Positions 31,961 to 46,541 of a stretch of DNA of 64,000 nucleotides are shown one piece after another. A program made the position numbers and the translations under genes. Numbering within the stretch: the stretch's first letter is position 1; each line of letters begins with the position of its first letter. This DNA is from Selaginella moellendorffii (Eukaryota; Plantae; Lycopodiophyta). The notes under the pieces are model-generated. The model was not told where the DNA came from and did not search any database. It saw only the letters and a list, made by a program, of their open reading frames with translations. The stretch covers positions 310,001 through 374,000 of the forward strand of contig NW_003314315.1 of the NCBI RefSeq assembly GCF_000143415.4, written 5' to 3'.

Positions 31961-32719
31961 AAGAAAAGAGTTAAGTCCCAAAATCCTCAAATATATAGCA
32001 AAACAAACGCACTTGCGAGAAGGTGGTGGTTTGACGTTCCGAGAAGTATAGGCGTAGACGGCATCAGAAAATGGCATATGCCACATCCTCAACTCACCTC
32101 CAATCGTTCTACCAAGCGTCTATTTCCTTGAGTACGTACTCGCAGACTTTCTCTGGAGGAAGTATGCGAGGCTTGACCCCGACAGGCGTGCGAAGGTTTG
32201 GAGGGCGCTATTAATTTTCCGCCAGCGGTAGTGGTGAATTGAAGTTCCGGGAAACTCCGGGCATCAGAAAATTGCATATGATATCCCACATCCAGTTGGC
32301 AGATCGAATCGTCCCCGCCTCCTCGCTATACCGTGCAAGCGTGCGATTCCTCGAGTACATATGTGGAAAGTTTTTTCTCACTCCCAGACTTTCACACTCT
32401 GAAATGATAGATTTGACCCAATGTATGGCCCAGCAGCATGTGGTCTTATTTTAGGAGCTATAGAAATGTCAGACATGGTTAGTTAATTAAATAAGTTTAA
32501 CTAATATAATGCTTCCTTAGGTTTGGACGTAGTCTGTTGCGCTGGGAGTTCCATTAGAGCTAGAGTTTCTTGAATAGCTTACTATGTGTGTTTCCTTCTC
32601 AGCCAAGCCTGGCACTGAGAAAGCAGGATTTCAGCGACGTGGAGAGATCGATAGTGCGGCTGCGGGTGGGGAGAGATCGATCGTTGTTTCCTCTCGATTC
32701 TAGCAGCAGCAATCTCCTC

Positions 32720-32799
32720 GTGGAGCTCCTGCTCTCCACAGCAGGAGCAGCAGCAATCTCCTTGTGGAGCTCCTGCTCTCCACAGCAGGAGCAGCAGCA
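32720..32799. repeat. Short tandem duplication (45-bp period)
   Basis: gtggagctcctgctctccacagcaggagcagcagca x2. Confidence 0.85.
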
Positions 32800-35279
32800 T
32801 TCGGGGCTGGGACTGGGGTACATTATGCCACAAGTGACTGCTATCCCTCGCCCAAGTGCCAGCAATAGCATTTTCATTCTGGCAAAAGCAAAGCTCGTAT
32901 TGTGGCTCGCGGCAATGGGGGTCCAAGGTCCTACTGGACGAATCAAAACGAGAACCAGCAAGCAATCACAAGGTTTTGCCATGGATGCCACAGGAAGAAA
33001 TCCCTTCTTCTCAGCCATGGTGGTAAACATGATCTATTCTTTCTGTGACTTTCCTTACCATCTTTTTTCTTTTCTTCTCGGCTAGATCTTGGAGAAGGGT
33101 GGCTATCCCATGATGCAATGGAACCTAGGAAGGTCAGGTTAGTATTTTTTAATTTTTTTTGTAAACCTTTCTTGATCAATCTCAAGACAGAGTCATCTTT
33201 TGCAGCCATCAAGTTTAAGACGGAGTCATCCTGGCAATCAAGTTCAAGGCGTAGTTGAGACCACTCTGGTTCATCAACTATTTCCAGACAACTTCACTTC
33301 TTTAATATATGATTTCAAGCACAGTCTTCATCTACAGCCAATGTGGAGTTCTCCATGGCCACGGCCATCAAGAGTTCTTGATGGGCAAGTGCCATCAAAC
33401 ACAAGGCTGCTGAGTCTGAGTGTTACAAGCACAATAAGGTTGAGAGGTATTTCATATGTCTCAAGGAACGCTCAAAAGAAATACAATAAAATAAAATTAA
33501 GATACTATAAATAGTGTTATTTAGTATTAATTATTAATCAAAATTTATAATTATAAACATGTTTATAGTTTATAAACAAAAGATTAATATTATTGCATAT
33601 CAACCCTCTAAGCCCAATCCTAAATGATTTCCCTCCAAACCCAATTCTCTATAGTCTTCCAGGAAATCTCCATCATTGAAAGGCAATCTTACTTCTTCCA
33701 GCCAGCTTATCAAAATAACAATCAAGAAGTGTTTAACACTTCTTCTAAATAAGCATTTAGAGGGTAGTATAAACAATGGAGGTTTGAAGAGAGAAGGAAA
33801 TTAGTTTCTTCAAGTTAAAACTACTTTAAGACTCAGCTAGTGTAGTTCTTCATAACAGTATAATAGGGAAATATTTTAGTATTTTATATAGTTTGTCGTG
33901 TAACTTTTAGTGTGCACAACCTATAAATTATTTTATCACAGCAACACTAAATCCTTTTGATCTACCAATTCACTAAGACCAACTTCACATGATCACCCAT
34001 GGATCTTGAGTTGCTCAAATTGGAGAAGAGATACAAACCGGTTTCTTATATATAAAAAGATCATTCTTGTTTACTAAGGGCTTGTACATTGTCTATGCTA
34101 GTCAACACACGAAACCAATCCAAATAATTATGGCTGCCATCATCAACAGGTAAAGCTAGATTTAATTATGTTTGTTTATGCATAATTTTTATTCTTACTC
34201 TTTGCACTAGTCCTTATGAAGATGCTACATGAATTAGTTTTGTTAGTGTGGTCAGATGTCAGGAAGAAAGTATCACATTCTTATATTTATTGATATTTAA
34301 ATTATTTGATGAAAGAATAAGGATGAGGGGAAGCAATCCAAAAGTAGAGATTAAAAATTTTGAGTATTTTTTTCCAAGGTATTTGAATTTAAGACTATCT
34401 TAACCATGTTCTATAAGAAAGAATATTTTTTAGAATGAATTAATTAGAATTGATTTCTTAGTATCACTAATCTTGTAGAACAATCACCCAAAATAATAGA
34501 TGGCCTCAAAATAATTTTAAAAACACTTAAAATCAATTATATGCTATCATTAATGGTCTTTTTGTAAGTTATAAATTTTTACTTTTCAATTTGTTAGCTT
34601 ACCTTGTTTATCTGACCACCACTACTTTAACCTTGGTTAAGTTCCCTTGTTAAGATTCTCGTTTATCATACCAACTTTTACCTAGTCCTACTTGGTTTTT
34701 ACTACTCATTATATGAATAATGGACTGGTAGCCATCCATCCAGAAATTCTTAAATTCTCTCATAATCCCCCTCTCCAAGTTAAATTAAATTTAAAGTTTA
34801 ACTATACTCCATGTAGGCGCAAGTAGCTAAACACACCAAACCTCTAAGTTTTTAACCTCTTTTAGTATAATAAAACTTGATCATAGGACCTTCTAAATCC
34901 CAAGCTTTGGATGCATCTTTTGCTTTGGGACCACAGGGTGAAACACCATGGGTTAACAGCCTGATATATGTACTTTTACTCCCTTGCCATTGGCTTACCA
35001 TTATTGCTATTGCCACATTTTGCACAGGATTTCAAGTGAAATGACTTTCCCATACTGCCACTAGTTTTGTCTTGTATACTTGCCTTTCTTATTATGTGGA
35101 CATGTCTTGCTCTCATCCACTAAATTTTAAGCTTTCAATCCCAGAAGGGAAACTAACTGTAATGTTTCAATTCAAGTGAAATGGTGTCCCACTTAAGTAT
35201 TATATAGCTCATTAGTCTTTGCTCCTTCCTAGAGGTTTGAACTTTCCTTTTAGGAGAAAAGTGGGGGACACGAAGAAAA

Positions 35280-35892
35280 TGAATAATTATTGCAACAAGT
35301 GTGGTGAGGAGGGCACTGGAAAGTGGATTATCCTCTACTAAAGAATAAAAATGACCATTTTAACATGGGTGTTGGAACTTTGAGTAGGAAGAAAGTTCAA
35401 CATTAGGACAATCCATGCAAAAAGTATGTATACATGATTGTCTCTACACTTAATTAGATTTAAAGTGATGATCCTATAGACTTGGCTTCGGAACTCTACG
35501 TGATTTAAGTAGAGGGATTATAAGGAGATTATCTAGTGTGTATTTTGGTAGTTTTGACAACTTTGTCTCAAGGAAGTTGGTTAAGGGATTGATTCTATAT
35601 GGAATTTCTAAAGCTACCACCAAGAACCAATGGGATAGTGTAGTGCAGAATTTATTGGTGAAAGTTGGATTATCATGGTTGAGGATTTCTTTCTGTGGAC
35701 TTGTGTCATGTTAACATGATCCTTGGCATGTCATGGCACATGTGTGTTGATCCTGAGATCAATTAAAGCCTAAATTCAATGCATAAAGCTCAAGTATGGT
35801 GGTATATGTGATATTTAGTTTGGAAGCAATGTTCTAAGCTTGACTAAAAGATGTCTTTGAAAAGTGTTCTGCACAATAAAGAGAATGAGTTT

Positions 35893-35968
<76 letters not shown>

Positions 35969-38160
35969 TAGTATTTGTGTGGAGAATCAATGGTGGAGGA
36001 AAAACATAAGGAATTAATATATATGTTCCCAACTGATTTACCACATAAGTTACCACCTTTTTATAGAGTTGAGTTGGGCTAGAGCTAGGTCAAAAGTGAA
36101 TCTATTAACAACTATTTCAGTTAAGTCATGCTGAGGAAGCAGATTAAACATTATGTTATTGAGTTGCTTAAATATAACTTTATCCACCCAAGTAAATCTC
36201 TATTTAGAGCACTAAGACAATTTAATATGAATCTACCATTTGAGCTATCCAAGATTTCTATGCACTTGAGATTAATTGCTAAGGGCTCTAAACCTGGAGA
36301 GGTGTCACTGCATATAACATGTAGCATATAGTAACAACATTTGTTAGTGTTAGCCATTCTTCCATATTAACAATATTTCATGGATTAATTTTGACTCTTT
36401 CAGTAGAGATAATATAATTTAAATACTCATATTTAGATTGCACAAACTCCTCTTAGCATAAAGCTTATGCTTGTGGAGCAACTCCAACACTTTGCATAAA
36501 TGTCATCTATATTACATCATATTTTTACTAAAGATAAGAATATCATCAAAAAGGATTTCCACAAAATCACTCAAACGTGTAAATAATGAGCCTTGTAAAT
36601 TTCACTAATGCATTCATAAGTTCAAATGGCATCATTGTAAATTCAAAATGCTTAAAACTCATAAAGAAAGTTCACTTTGTGATATTTATATAATTCAGAA
36701 TAATTTAATGATAATCACTTTGCAAATCAATCTTGGTAAAGACTTTAACTTCACCAAGTTTATCCAAGATGTTGTCTACATGTAACATGAGAATTTTATC
36801 CTTGACTTTCTTGTTGTTTAAAATATTGCTTTGTTAGAACACTCATTTTGAGTGGAACATATTGCAAGAACAAAGCTTTCAAGTTTCGAAGGCCGTATTC
36901 CAGTTTAATATATAAATTTAGAGATTTAAATTTAATTAGCAAAAAACCCTACTTTTTAGCACCAGGATGAAATTTAAATTGAGGATTCAATCTAGCTCTA
37001 GTTTGTTCTTCATTTTTTTCCCTTTGAAAATGTTAGAACTTAGACCATACTAACACAAATCACCACCCAACCACCCCCTCTACACCACTATTCATAGTTG
37101 TGACCAAGTTCACTCCAATATTGAATTAACCATGGATTTAAAATAAACTGACTAAACTTAACTTAGTTATCATTTAAGCTACATAGATTAATTCCTCCCC
37201 TTAACAAAAATGTTCTTACCTACATGGTGATCAATTACACTTTTTGGGGCTTTGGCTCTATCCCTTCTTCCATAGTTTAAACATCCATGAGGAATTTACT
37301 TTATATACAAGTGGTGTTGTTATACATAACAATCATCCTATTACATAATATTAAACTCAATTGAGTAGCAATGCTCTATATATGAATAAAAGCTTTTAGT
37401 TATTGTTAATATGGTACAAGTGTGGCAATATTATTTATTTGGTGTTGCATTTATAAAAGTCATTAGTGTTTTTATTCACCTTTAAGGAGTTCAACTCTTG
37501 CCATGCACAATAAATGATCAAACTTATAGAGTTTGGTGAATTTCCAATTGAGCACAAGGCTGAATGTATAAATATCGTAGTTGATGTTTTGTCTCACATA
37601 TGCTCTACTATTGAGAAGACTTCTAAGAAAGGATTTGTCATGTTTTAACAAAGGCTGTGATTAAATTTATTAGCATTGTTAGGCAAATTTAGCAATAGGA
37701 TGTTAAGCTACAAAAGCTTAGTGTGCAGATGGAGCTACCCTTCTCATGCCATAATAACTTGCTTTTGTATAATAATTAAGTATATCTTTTTAAAGTTGAC
37801 AAGCTGATAAACCATATCCTCTATTATTATCATGACTACCAAAAGGTTGGTCATTTTGGGGGGAGGAAGACTTACAAGTTGATTAGGCACAAATTTTTTT
37901 AGAAGAAGATGAAAATGACATTCTTAAATATTGCAAGATATGCAAAAATTATCAACAAGTGAAAGTGCAAAAGGAAAAGTTAATGGGGCTTTTAGTGCCA
38001 TTGCTTATCCTGATGAGTATATCTATAAAATTTATTATGCATTTGATAAAAACTCATAAAATAATTATAGATCATTTAACCAAATTTGTAAAGTTGATTC
38101 CTCTTTTCTGTGAAAAAGGTGGAAGAGAGTGTGAATTTAGCTATAGTATATCTTGAGTGT
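35280..38160 (+). mobile_element. Degenerate Ty3/Gypsy retrotransposon relic with inverted RT core
   Basis: Gag knuckle CNKCGEEGH (35291), RT start ELLKYNFIHPSKS (about 36160), RNase H VWQYYLFG and IVVDVLSH, integrase HD..GHFG/GLLVPL/DHLTKF on +; KIDLQSDYH, HFEFTMMPF and IDDI on - at about 36500-36740. Confidence 0.75.
35898..35966. repeat. (TA)n microsatellite
   Basis: About 34 TA units. Confidence 0.98.
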
Positions 38161-39414
38161 GTCTTTCCCTAATTTGGTTTGCCAGAGAAGCTTTGATCAA
38201 GTTAAGTAATAGGGATATTCCTAACATGAAAAATTGGGTGTACTTTCACCCCCCACTTGACAACTTCACTTAATAAGCCACTTCATTGATTTTTCCAAGA
38301 TTTTATAGGGATCAGAGTATTTAGGAGATAACTTATCACTTCTCTCATCTCTTAAGAATATGATGGTTACAATTTTAAGCCACTTTCAAGTTCCTCTTTC
38401 ATTTTTCATCCAATTTTATGGATAAATTCTTTGCCATGCCATCCATCTAAAATTTTCATAAACTATACTCAAAAGCTATTTTTCAATGACAGCATTGCAA
38501 AGTAAAGTGTCATTTTGATGCCACTATGCTAGCTATTATTATAAAAAAACTTTAACTTATCCTATTATCCTTCTTGCCTATAAACAATGCATCTTAGCAT
38601 GTCTTCAATCACGTAGTGAACTCATACAATTTATCTATTTGTGTGAGTTGTGTTTTGATAAGGAATGAATCTTGAGCTTTGCATGTTGATTGGCTGTTGA
38701 TTTATTATTACACTAAGAATATTAAAAAGCATTAAGACTATTATGCATTATCCTCCTTTATAATCTTTGTTGTTGACAAAGAGTATTACTGATAAGCTCT
38801 CTGATCTCAACAACTTTCTCAATTAGATGTTTCAACTGAGAATATTAACCCACAATAGTAATTCTACCTTTTAATTTCTATCTACACTACCAAGACTGAA
38901 AATTAAAAAGACAAGAGTGTAAAAAAGTTTCCATTGGCATCCATTGCATTATGTGCCTCTAGCTGGCCTAAAACCATGTATTATTACCATGACAATAAAC
39001 TTTAATTATAAAGAAAACAATACAAGAATAAAGCATGACTCAAATATAACAAAATAGTGGAAAATACTTAAGAGCTGCTATAAAAAATCTCTTTTTGCAA
39101 GATTGTTGCTACTTTAGTAAGATAGAAGTGGGGCAGCCTAAAGAGCTATCCCAGAAGATGATCCTGTAAATATTACTTGAAAAGTTGAGAAGGTTATTTG
39201 TCTCTCACAAGTGGGAGTGACAACTTGATAATAGATTAAAAATATTAACAATTATGTGTGATAATAAGATTTTATTTTTTGGATAAGATTTTTTTTATTC
39301 CATTAAAATAAATTATAATAAAATCTAGACCATTATAAAAGCACAAAACAAATAATATTCTTAAAGCCCAAAAAAAAAACTGCGGGGTTTCAAAGGCTCC
39401 AAGAATCTGCCGCC

Positions 39415-39695
39415 GGAATGACCAAGTGCTGGTCCTCACAAGCCCAGTGGAAATCGATTCTGTGCATTCCTCTCCTTTTTGAGGCTTGCCTTCTCGCCAG
39501 TGTAAAACGCAACTAAATGAGAACCAAGACGATCTACTTCCAGGGGCAAAACGTTCCCGAGACTATAAGTCTGGCGTTTACATTCTTCTGAGCTTGTCTT
39601 ACTATGTTTCAGCTGCAAAGTCGGAAGATAGCTAGCCGCTGCCTCCGCGGCCACAGTCGGTCTCCTCAGCAGCCATCCGGCCTGATGCCTTGTAA
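39415..39695 (+). pseudogene. 5'-truncated, deleted copy of the DUF1218/Fb34 gene
   Basis: Matches 18900-19335 with many deletions. Confidence 0.9.
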
Positions 39696-39786
39696 GCTCT
39701 CGCTTTTCACGACGACGATGAACTCCGGGACTTCTTCTTTCAACTTCCTGGAAGCGGTCGGCCACACAAAGTAAATTTTTTTTTTC

Positions 39787-40275
39787 TTATGGACTAGACA
39801 TGATAATGTAATCGCCACCGCTTGGACAGGGAGCAGTGATAGACTTACACCCGGCCGCGGTCGGGGAGATGGCGAGGGGGACGCTCCCGCGAGAGAACCT
39901 GATACCATAAAAGTCGGTGTCTCCGGAGTGGCCGGAATTGAGCTGGAACTCGGCTATACTGGATGGAAGAACGTTGGTAATGTAGAAACTTCCCGAGAGC
40001 GCTGCTGTGGATTCAACAGGGACCTGTCCGGTGCCTCCAGCCTCGAGCGTGAAGACGTTCCTCAGCTCCGTGTGGTCTCCTTCCATATGAAGTCGCAGTT
40101 ATTCCTCGTCTGGAATGTGGTCCGGGAAGTCACAGCTGATATCAGAGCAAGACAACGATCGTTAGAACCATCTACAAGTGGAAGGAGAAAAGGCAAAGCC
40201 GGAGAGAGCTATGCAAATAAACCGTGAACTGGGAGCAGTACTAGCAGGAGCGACGCTATGATCTTGTTTATCTTG
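39787..40275 (-). pseudogene. Thaumatin-like pseudogene (copy of 19439-19972)
   Basis: ATG changed to ATA, 19-bp deletion near 40089, loss of the C-terminal Cys segment. Confidence 0.88.
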
Positions 40276-40507
40276 GTTGGGGGCAAAATCACGCAGCAAA
40301 GCTCTGGCCTATGAATCACGGCCCTGGAGAAATCACACAAGAGATCCTGGGAAGTGGAAGTAATTGGATGGAAACGTGGTTTTCCAGGATCTCCTTCGTC
40401 GCCATCCAGAAGTCCTGATAGCTTTCCCGAGGAACAACAGAATTAGCATATTCCAGATTCTATTTCCCGCATAAACCTTCGCATAAACCCTAGAAAGAAT
40501 TTTGGGG

Positions 40508-42349
40508 ATGGAGGAAAGCGCGCCATACAGCGTCCGACTGGAGGCGGACAAGGCGCTGCACTTGGTGAAGCAGGGATCGTCGCTGCTGCTACTGGATTTG
40601 CCGCCATCGCTCTCCTTCGGGATCGATTTGCAGGTGAGAATCGCGAGCGCGCGAGGTCTAGGGTTTATGGGAATGCCTCTCTTTGTTGCAGATGTTTGTG
40701 GTCGGGACGATGTTCCGCGGCGTGAAAATGGTGCCTCCGGGGCCGCATTTCATCTACTACTCCGTGATGAGCAGGTGTGTAAGAGATTTTTGGAAGGAAA
40801 AATTTGTTTGATTGATAGGACTGAGAACAGGAGTGGAGATGCCGCTCCAGTGACTGGTTTCTTCATTACGGGAACGCAATCGAAGGTTTTTTCTTCTTCT
40901 TGGTTTTCATTCTAACTTCTTACAGGTTATAGTAATGCGTTGGGATTCCCAACAGGAAATCTTTGTGAAGCTTACAGATCCGGCAGAGGTATCTTGTTAT
41001 AAAGGATAATTATTCAAAGTTTTCTGATGATGATGCAGGAGGAGAGATATGCGTATGCAGTTCGAAACCTCGAGTTTGATAAGAATCTAGCTCCTTACGA
41101 TCTTCACCACTTTCGACGCTGGGAAGAACTTAGCAACTACGTCACTCCGGCCGTGATTAAACGGCATGGTAAGTCTATTGCCTTTTGGTTTTTAATCTCT
41201 CGCGCGCATTTGTTCATATTAGAGCCTGGCGACGGAGTCATATCTGTCGTAGCAGAAGCAGAACTTGTCGAGCAACATCCTCAGACCGCAGCAGAGAGGA
41301 TGATGGTCGAGCAAATCATCAAAGCAAAAGAGACTTACGGCTTTAGAAACAAAGAAAGCGGTGAAGGGTCCACTCAAGACAGGAGTCGCTGTCGCTACAC
41401 TCGTTTACCTAGACTTCTAAAGCGTTCTGGTGCAGAGGCCAAAGATTTGACTTCGTTAAACCTGGACAAGGTGAGCGTGCGTCATGTCTTTGCCGTATGT
41501 TTACTGTGCTTTCTACAGTCCATAGCTCTTGAGAAGGCTCTGAAAGAGTCTTACGATGGAAGCGAGGAGCTTCTACTAGGAGAGCTTCAGTTCGCTTATA
41601 TAGCCTTTTTGGTAAATCTTCTCCTCCACCAATCTGTTATAACACTCGTCCTGATCGTCTTTGCCAGATGGGACAATCTCTTGAAGGATTTAGTCAGTGG
41701 AAATCCATCGTGAGTCTTATGTTCGGCTGTCAGGAGGCAGTAAGTTTTTAGAGTATTCAGAAGATTTTTTTAGATTATCACTTCGTAGACTTACCGGACG
41801 TTGATTTTGCAGCCACTAAGGACTCGGACACGGCTTTTTGTCAAGGTAAATGCACTCTAGCACCTCTGACTAAGTCACGGCTATGCCGGTCTAGTTTCTG
41901 GAAGTGCTGTATCATCAAATGAGGCAGGGACTCAAGAACAACAAGTCAGACGTTGCTCTCGACGATTCCTCGTGGTTCTCAGCCGACAATTTCTTCCGGT
42001 TGCTCTCGAAGGTAACTACGTCTTTACATGTGTCACGTTTTCTCACCTATATCTCGTAGGACTTTTTACTCATGCTGAAGACCACTCAGCCTGTTGACGG
42101 AGAGCTCCTTATGCAGGTACGCTCGTACCATTTCGTGAAGATTTGTCGTTGAAGATTTAGATCCACTTGTAGGCAAGGAGGCTCAAACACTTGCTCGAGA
42201 GCCGTCTGGGGTGGGACCTTGACAACGAAATTAGCGATGCAAATGTAGATGATGACGAGGTGTGTGTGATGTTTTGCTTTGTTTATCACAATCCTTATAC
42301 TTCTCTGTGAATGCCACAGTACGCTCCCGTAGTCGTAATGGACGTCTAG
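40508..42349 (+). CDS. AAR2: U5 snRNP assembly factor AAR2, multi-exon
   Basis: LLLDLPPSLSFGIDLQ/MFVVGTMFRGVKMVPPGPHFIYYS, EFDKNLAPYDL, LLGELQFAYIAFL, C-terminal DDDE/YAPVVV. Confidence 0.92.
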
Positions 42350-42525
42350 AAAAAGCTTCTATTGCTTTCGAGTGCTTGTTAATTGAATGCGTTGGCAAAA
42401 CCATTTCAAGCTTACTTGTGGGAAGGTTTGCAATTGGGAATTTACAATTTGTTTGCTTTGCGTTGATGACAACCAGTTTCGTCTCTTTTATTTGTTTCTT
42501 CTTCACGTATTCGCCAAAAAACTCT

Positions 42526-43934
42526 TCATCCCCGTGCAGACGCAAGCAAGTTGAGAAATGGAATGCGCTGGGACTGAGATGGCGACGGATCGAGGATTTG
42601 GAGACTTCTCGCAGCCGAGGTAGTGCTCCATTCCTGAGAGTCATGACACACCACTTAAGAACTTAACTGCGAACGTAGATTTCCACACAAGGGTCACCAA
42701 CCTGTCGCTGCCGCCGTCGCTGCAAGATGTTCATCGCTCGAGCCATAATGTAACAAGGCAGAAGAAATCCTGCGGCCCTGAGGAAGAAAAGCTGGACAAA
42801 ACCAAAGTCTCAACAAACAAGGAAACATCTATCCGACTTTCAACGCTACCGTAAAGAAAGTGGAGGCGTCGTCGTCGCTCCCGGCGGCACCAAGAGCCAG
42901 CGTATGACGAAGTAGCAGCAGTGCCATCAACTGAGACCCGAGGTAAAAGCTCTTGTCATTCGGAAAAAAAAAAAAAAAAACAGACCGCAAGAACTTGAAC
43001 TTACGATGAGTGCAGCAGAACGGCAACACGCAGCTCCAGAAGCATTGGCAGCCGCGTAGTCATCGATCTCCTGGATGAAGTGACGCTCGGCAGCCATTGC
43101 CATGATTCGAGGATCAAGCTGGTGGTGGCTTCTCCACTCGACGTTCCTGCCAAGAAAAACGATGGAAGGTACTTTAGCACCTTTCGCCTCACAGAAGATC
43201 GCTCAATCAAAAAGAAGCACTACCGAAAAGCTCTATAAACTAAACGACGAGGAATCGAGCGAGCACGACAAGGAAAAGAAGAGTACACATACCTCGAGTG
43301 GTCATCGGGGAGAGCAACAGGAGCGGCAGGAGACCGGACTGGCGCTGTGTAGCCTTTAAAAGGCTGCAAAACAGAGGCGAGGCATCAGACAACCGAGGGG
43401 AAAGAAAAAAAAGAAAGAAAACAAAACAAAAGGAATGATCGAAATCAGCGAACACGAGGAAGGTAAGCAAATCGTAAGTTCAGTGCGGATGATGTAACCT
43501 GCTGACAAATCTCGCAGATGGTGTCCCCTTTTTCGTTGCACCAGCGCTGCACGCACTTTCGATGAGCATACTGCCAAAACACAAGGAAAGAGAAAAAAAA
43601 AAAAAACGAGGAAGAGCCAGCAACTTGCTTAGAACTCTCAGCCGGCACGAAGAACAAAGTTCCTTACCTTCAAGCTGCCGCAACAAGAGCACGGGATTTC
43701 GAGATTCCCAGCCTCGTCCTCCTCTTGGCAGATTCGACACTCGTCCTGCTGGGATTTTAGCGATGGTGGCGATGGTGGCTTTGCGGAGTGATCCTGGTGA
43801 TGGTGGTGATGCTGCTGAAGATGAAAAAACTGGTTTTGCATCAGCAGCGACGAGCTGGTTCCATTCTTCTGGAAATGGGAGTCGCCCAAGCAAGCGCCGA
43901 GCCTCTCGATGTCTAGAGCGACATGATCTTCCAT
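42526..43934 (-). CDS. RING-CH (MARCH-type) E3 ubiquitin ligase with DUF3675 TM region
   Basis: ECRICQEEDEAGNLEIPCSCCGSLK/YAHRKCVQRWCNEKGDTICEICQQ; LRAAGFLLPCYIMARA. Confidence 0.93.
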
Positions 43935-44175
43935 ATAAGCCGTGTGTGGAGAGCGAAGAACACAAAAAGGAAGAGAGAAAAAAAAAATGGAGGAAGAAGA
44001 AGTCTACAAGAACTCCTGTTTTCCAAAACCCCTATTCTTCGTTTCTGTGTCAATCAATCAATCAAATCACTCAAAAGGGTCACATTTTCTAGCCCAGAAC
44101 TGCGAGTGAATGAGTAAAGCATGCACGAGATCATGCTCAAAGGAGAGAGGAAAAAGAAAGGGGATTCATTCCAAA

Positions 44176-44376
44176 GCTGCTGCTGCTGCTGCTGCTGCTG
44201 CCAGCGGACAAAGAGAAGAAGAAAAAAGAGCGAGAGAGGAAAAAAAAAACCAAAGCAGCAGCAGCACAAGAAGCATCCCTTCTTCTCAAGGGATCATCGT
44301 CTTCTTATTCGTCCTCCTCCTCTTTCGGTCATGGCAGCCTTTTTAGGTCGCGAAGAAGAAGAAGAAGAAGAAGAAG
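44176..44376. repeat. (GCT)n and (GAA)n microsatellites upstream of the RING-CH gene
   Basis: About 8 GCT units at 44176-44200 and about 8 GAA units at 44352-44376. Confidence 0.9.
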
Positions 44377-44472
44377 AGAAGAAAAACACCTTTAAACGTT
44401 AAGTCAAGAGCTTGACGGCCGGGGGTACGGAAATGAAAATCCAAATTATAGCAAAAAAAAAGTTTAAAACTG

Positions 44473-44509
44473 AAACCCTAATTCTTCCTCTAAGTTAGGG
44501 CTAGGGTTT
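44473..44509. promoter_or_regulatory. Telo-boxes upstream of RPS5
   Basis: aaaccctaa and tagggttt within about 50 nt of the ATG, typical of plant ribosomal protein promoters. Confidence 0.6.
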
Positions 44510-44523
44510 GTGTTAGGTTTTCC

Positions 44524-45367
<844 letters not shown>

Positions 45368-46541
45368 GAAACACATTCTAATGTATTGAGCCTTTTTTGG
45401 CATATCTTTTGAAATCAAAGATTCTACTACACATTTGATCCAAACTTTCGAAAGTATCAAGTTCTTGTTTCAGAGTTCTCTTTTTTGTTGATGTTTAGAC
45501 TATTCGATGAAAGAAAAGAATTCAAATCTACGATTGCAAAAGCATTTTGTTCCATGGCATTCGAATTCGAGGCTTCAGACCGTCCTAACCATGTTCCACA
45601 GGAAAAAAAGATTTTTCGGAACAATGAATCGATCAGATTTGGCTTCTTGGCATCACTAGCCTCGCAAAGCAATCGCCCAAAACAGTGGATGGCCTCAGAA
45701 CGATGTTAACAGCACTAGAAATCAGACATATGCTTGTCAATGTTTTCGATCATCACAGGCCTTTCCAGAGAGAAAGAAACGAGGAAGAACAAGTCAGAGT
45801 CAGACTTTCAAAGCGAATCCTCAATCCAAATTCAGACAGGGATAACTGTGTCATTGAGAATCATCATCCTCGCTCCGCTAGCTAAGAAAAATCAACCTCG
45901 CCGCAGAGAGACTCACAACTTTAGGGTTCTTCGGCAGCCCTAAACGTTGCTTTACATGGAAATGGACGGCTACGATCGCATGAGCTAAATTTAAATTTCA
46001 GCGCCCGGTCCGCAAAATTTTGAATTTTAAAAAGCAGAAAACATTGCGACGTTTAGCCGGATTGGAATGTGAGCCCGCGTCCGGGTTTGAAATTTTTCAA
46101 AGGCTCCAAGGATCTGCCGCCACGTGGAGAATTACCGCCGGTGGTGTAAAAGAGGCCTTTGGTGGGAATCACCTGTTTGTAATTGGACGGTGGCGATCTG
46201 CGGACAGGGCGATTCCCGCCGTCGATCCTAGGGCTTGGCCAGATTAGGGCTCCCAAATTTCAAATCGATTTAAAAGAGGAGGAGTAGTACTGTAAGATCG
46301 GTAGGGTTTGCGGTCGCAGCGGGAGAAGCTGCTGCGCTCTAGTCGTCTAAGGCGCCGTGGATCCGCTGGGGAAGCGCAGCGCTGCCAATAGGCGATTCGA
46401 TTGGCGCTGATGAAGCAGTGGATTCTTCCCGTGGCGAGGTGAGCTGCTGGTTTTGCTGTGGAATTTGGCGACCAAATTCGTGGGATTTCTAGGAACACCT
46501 ATCTCTCCCTGAGTCTCCGGCTGGGTTAATTGGCTTGATTG

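Noticed and set aside
32010-33500. Short ORFs and small internal repeats after the RING-CH pseudogene
   Set aside because: No recognisable domain or element termini
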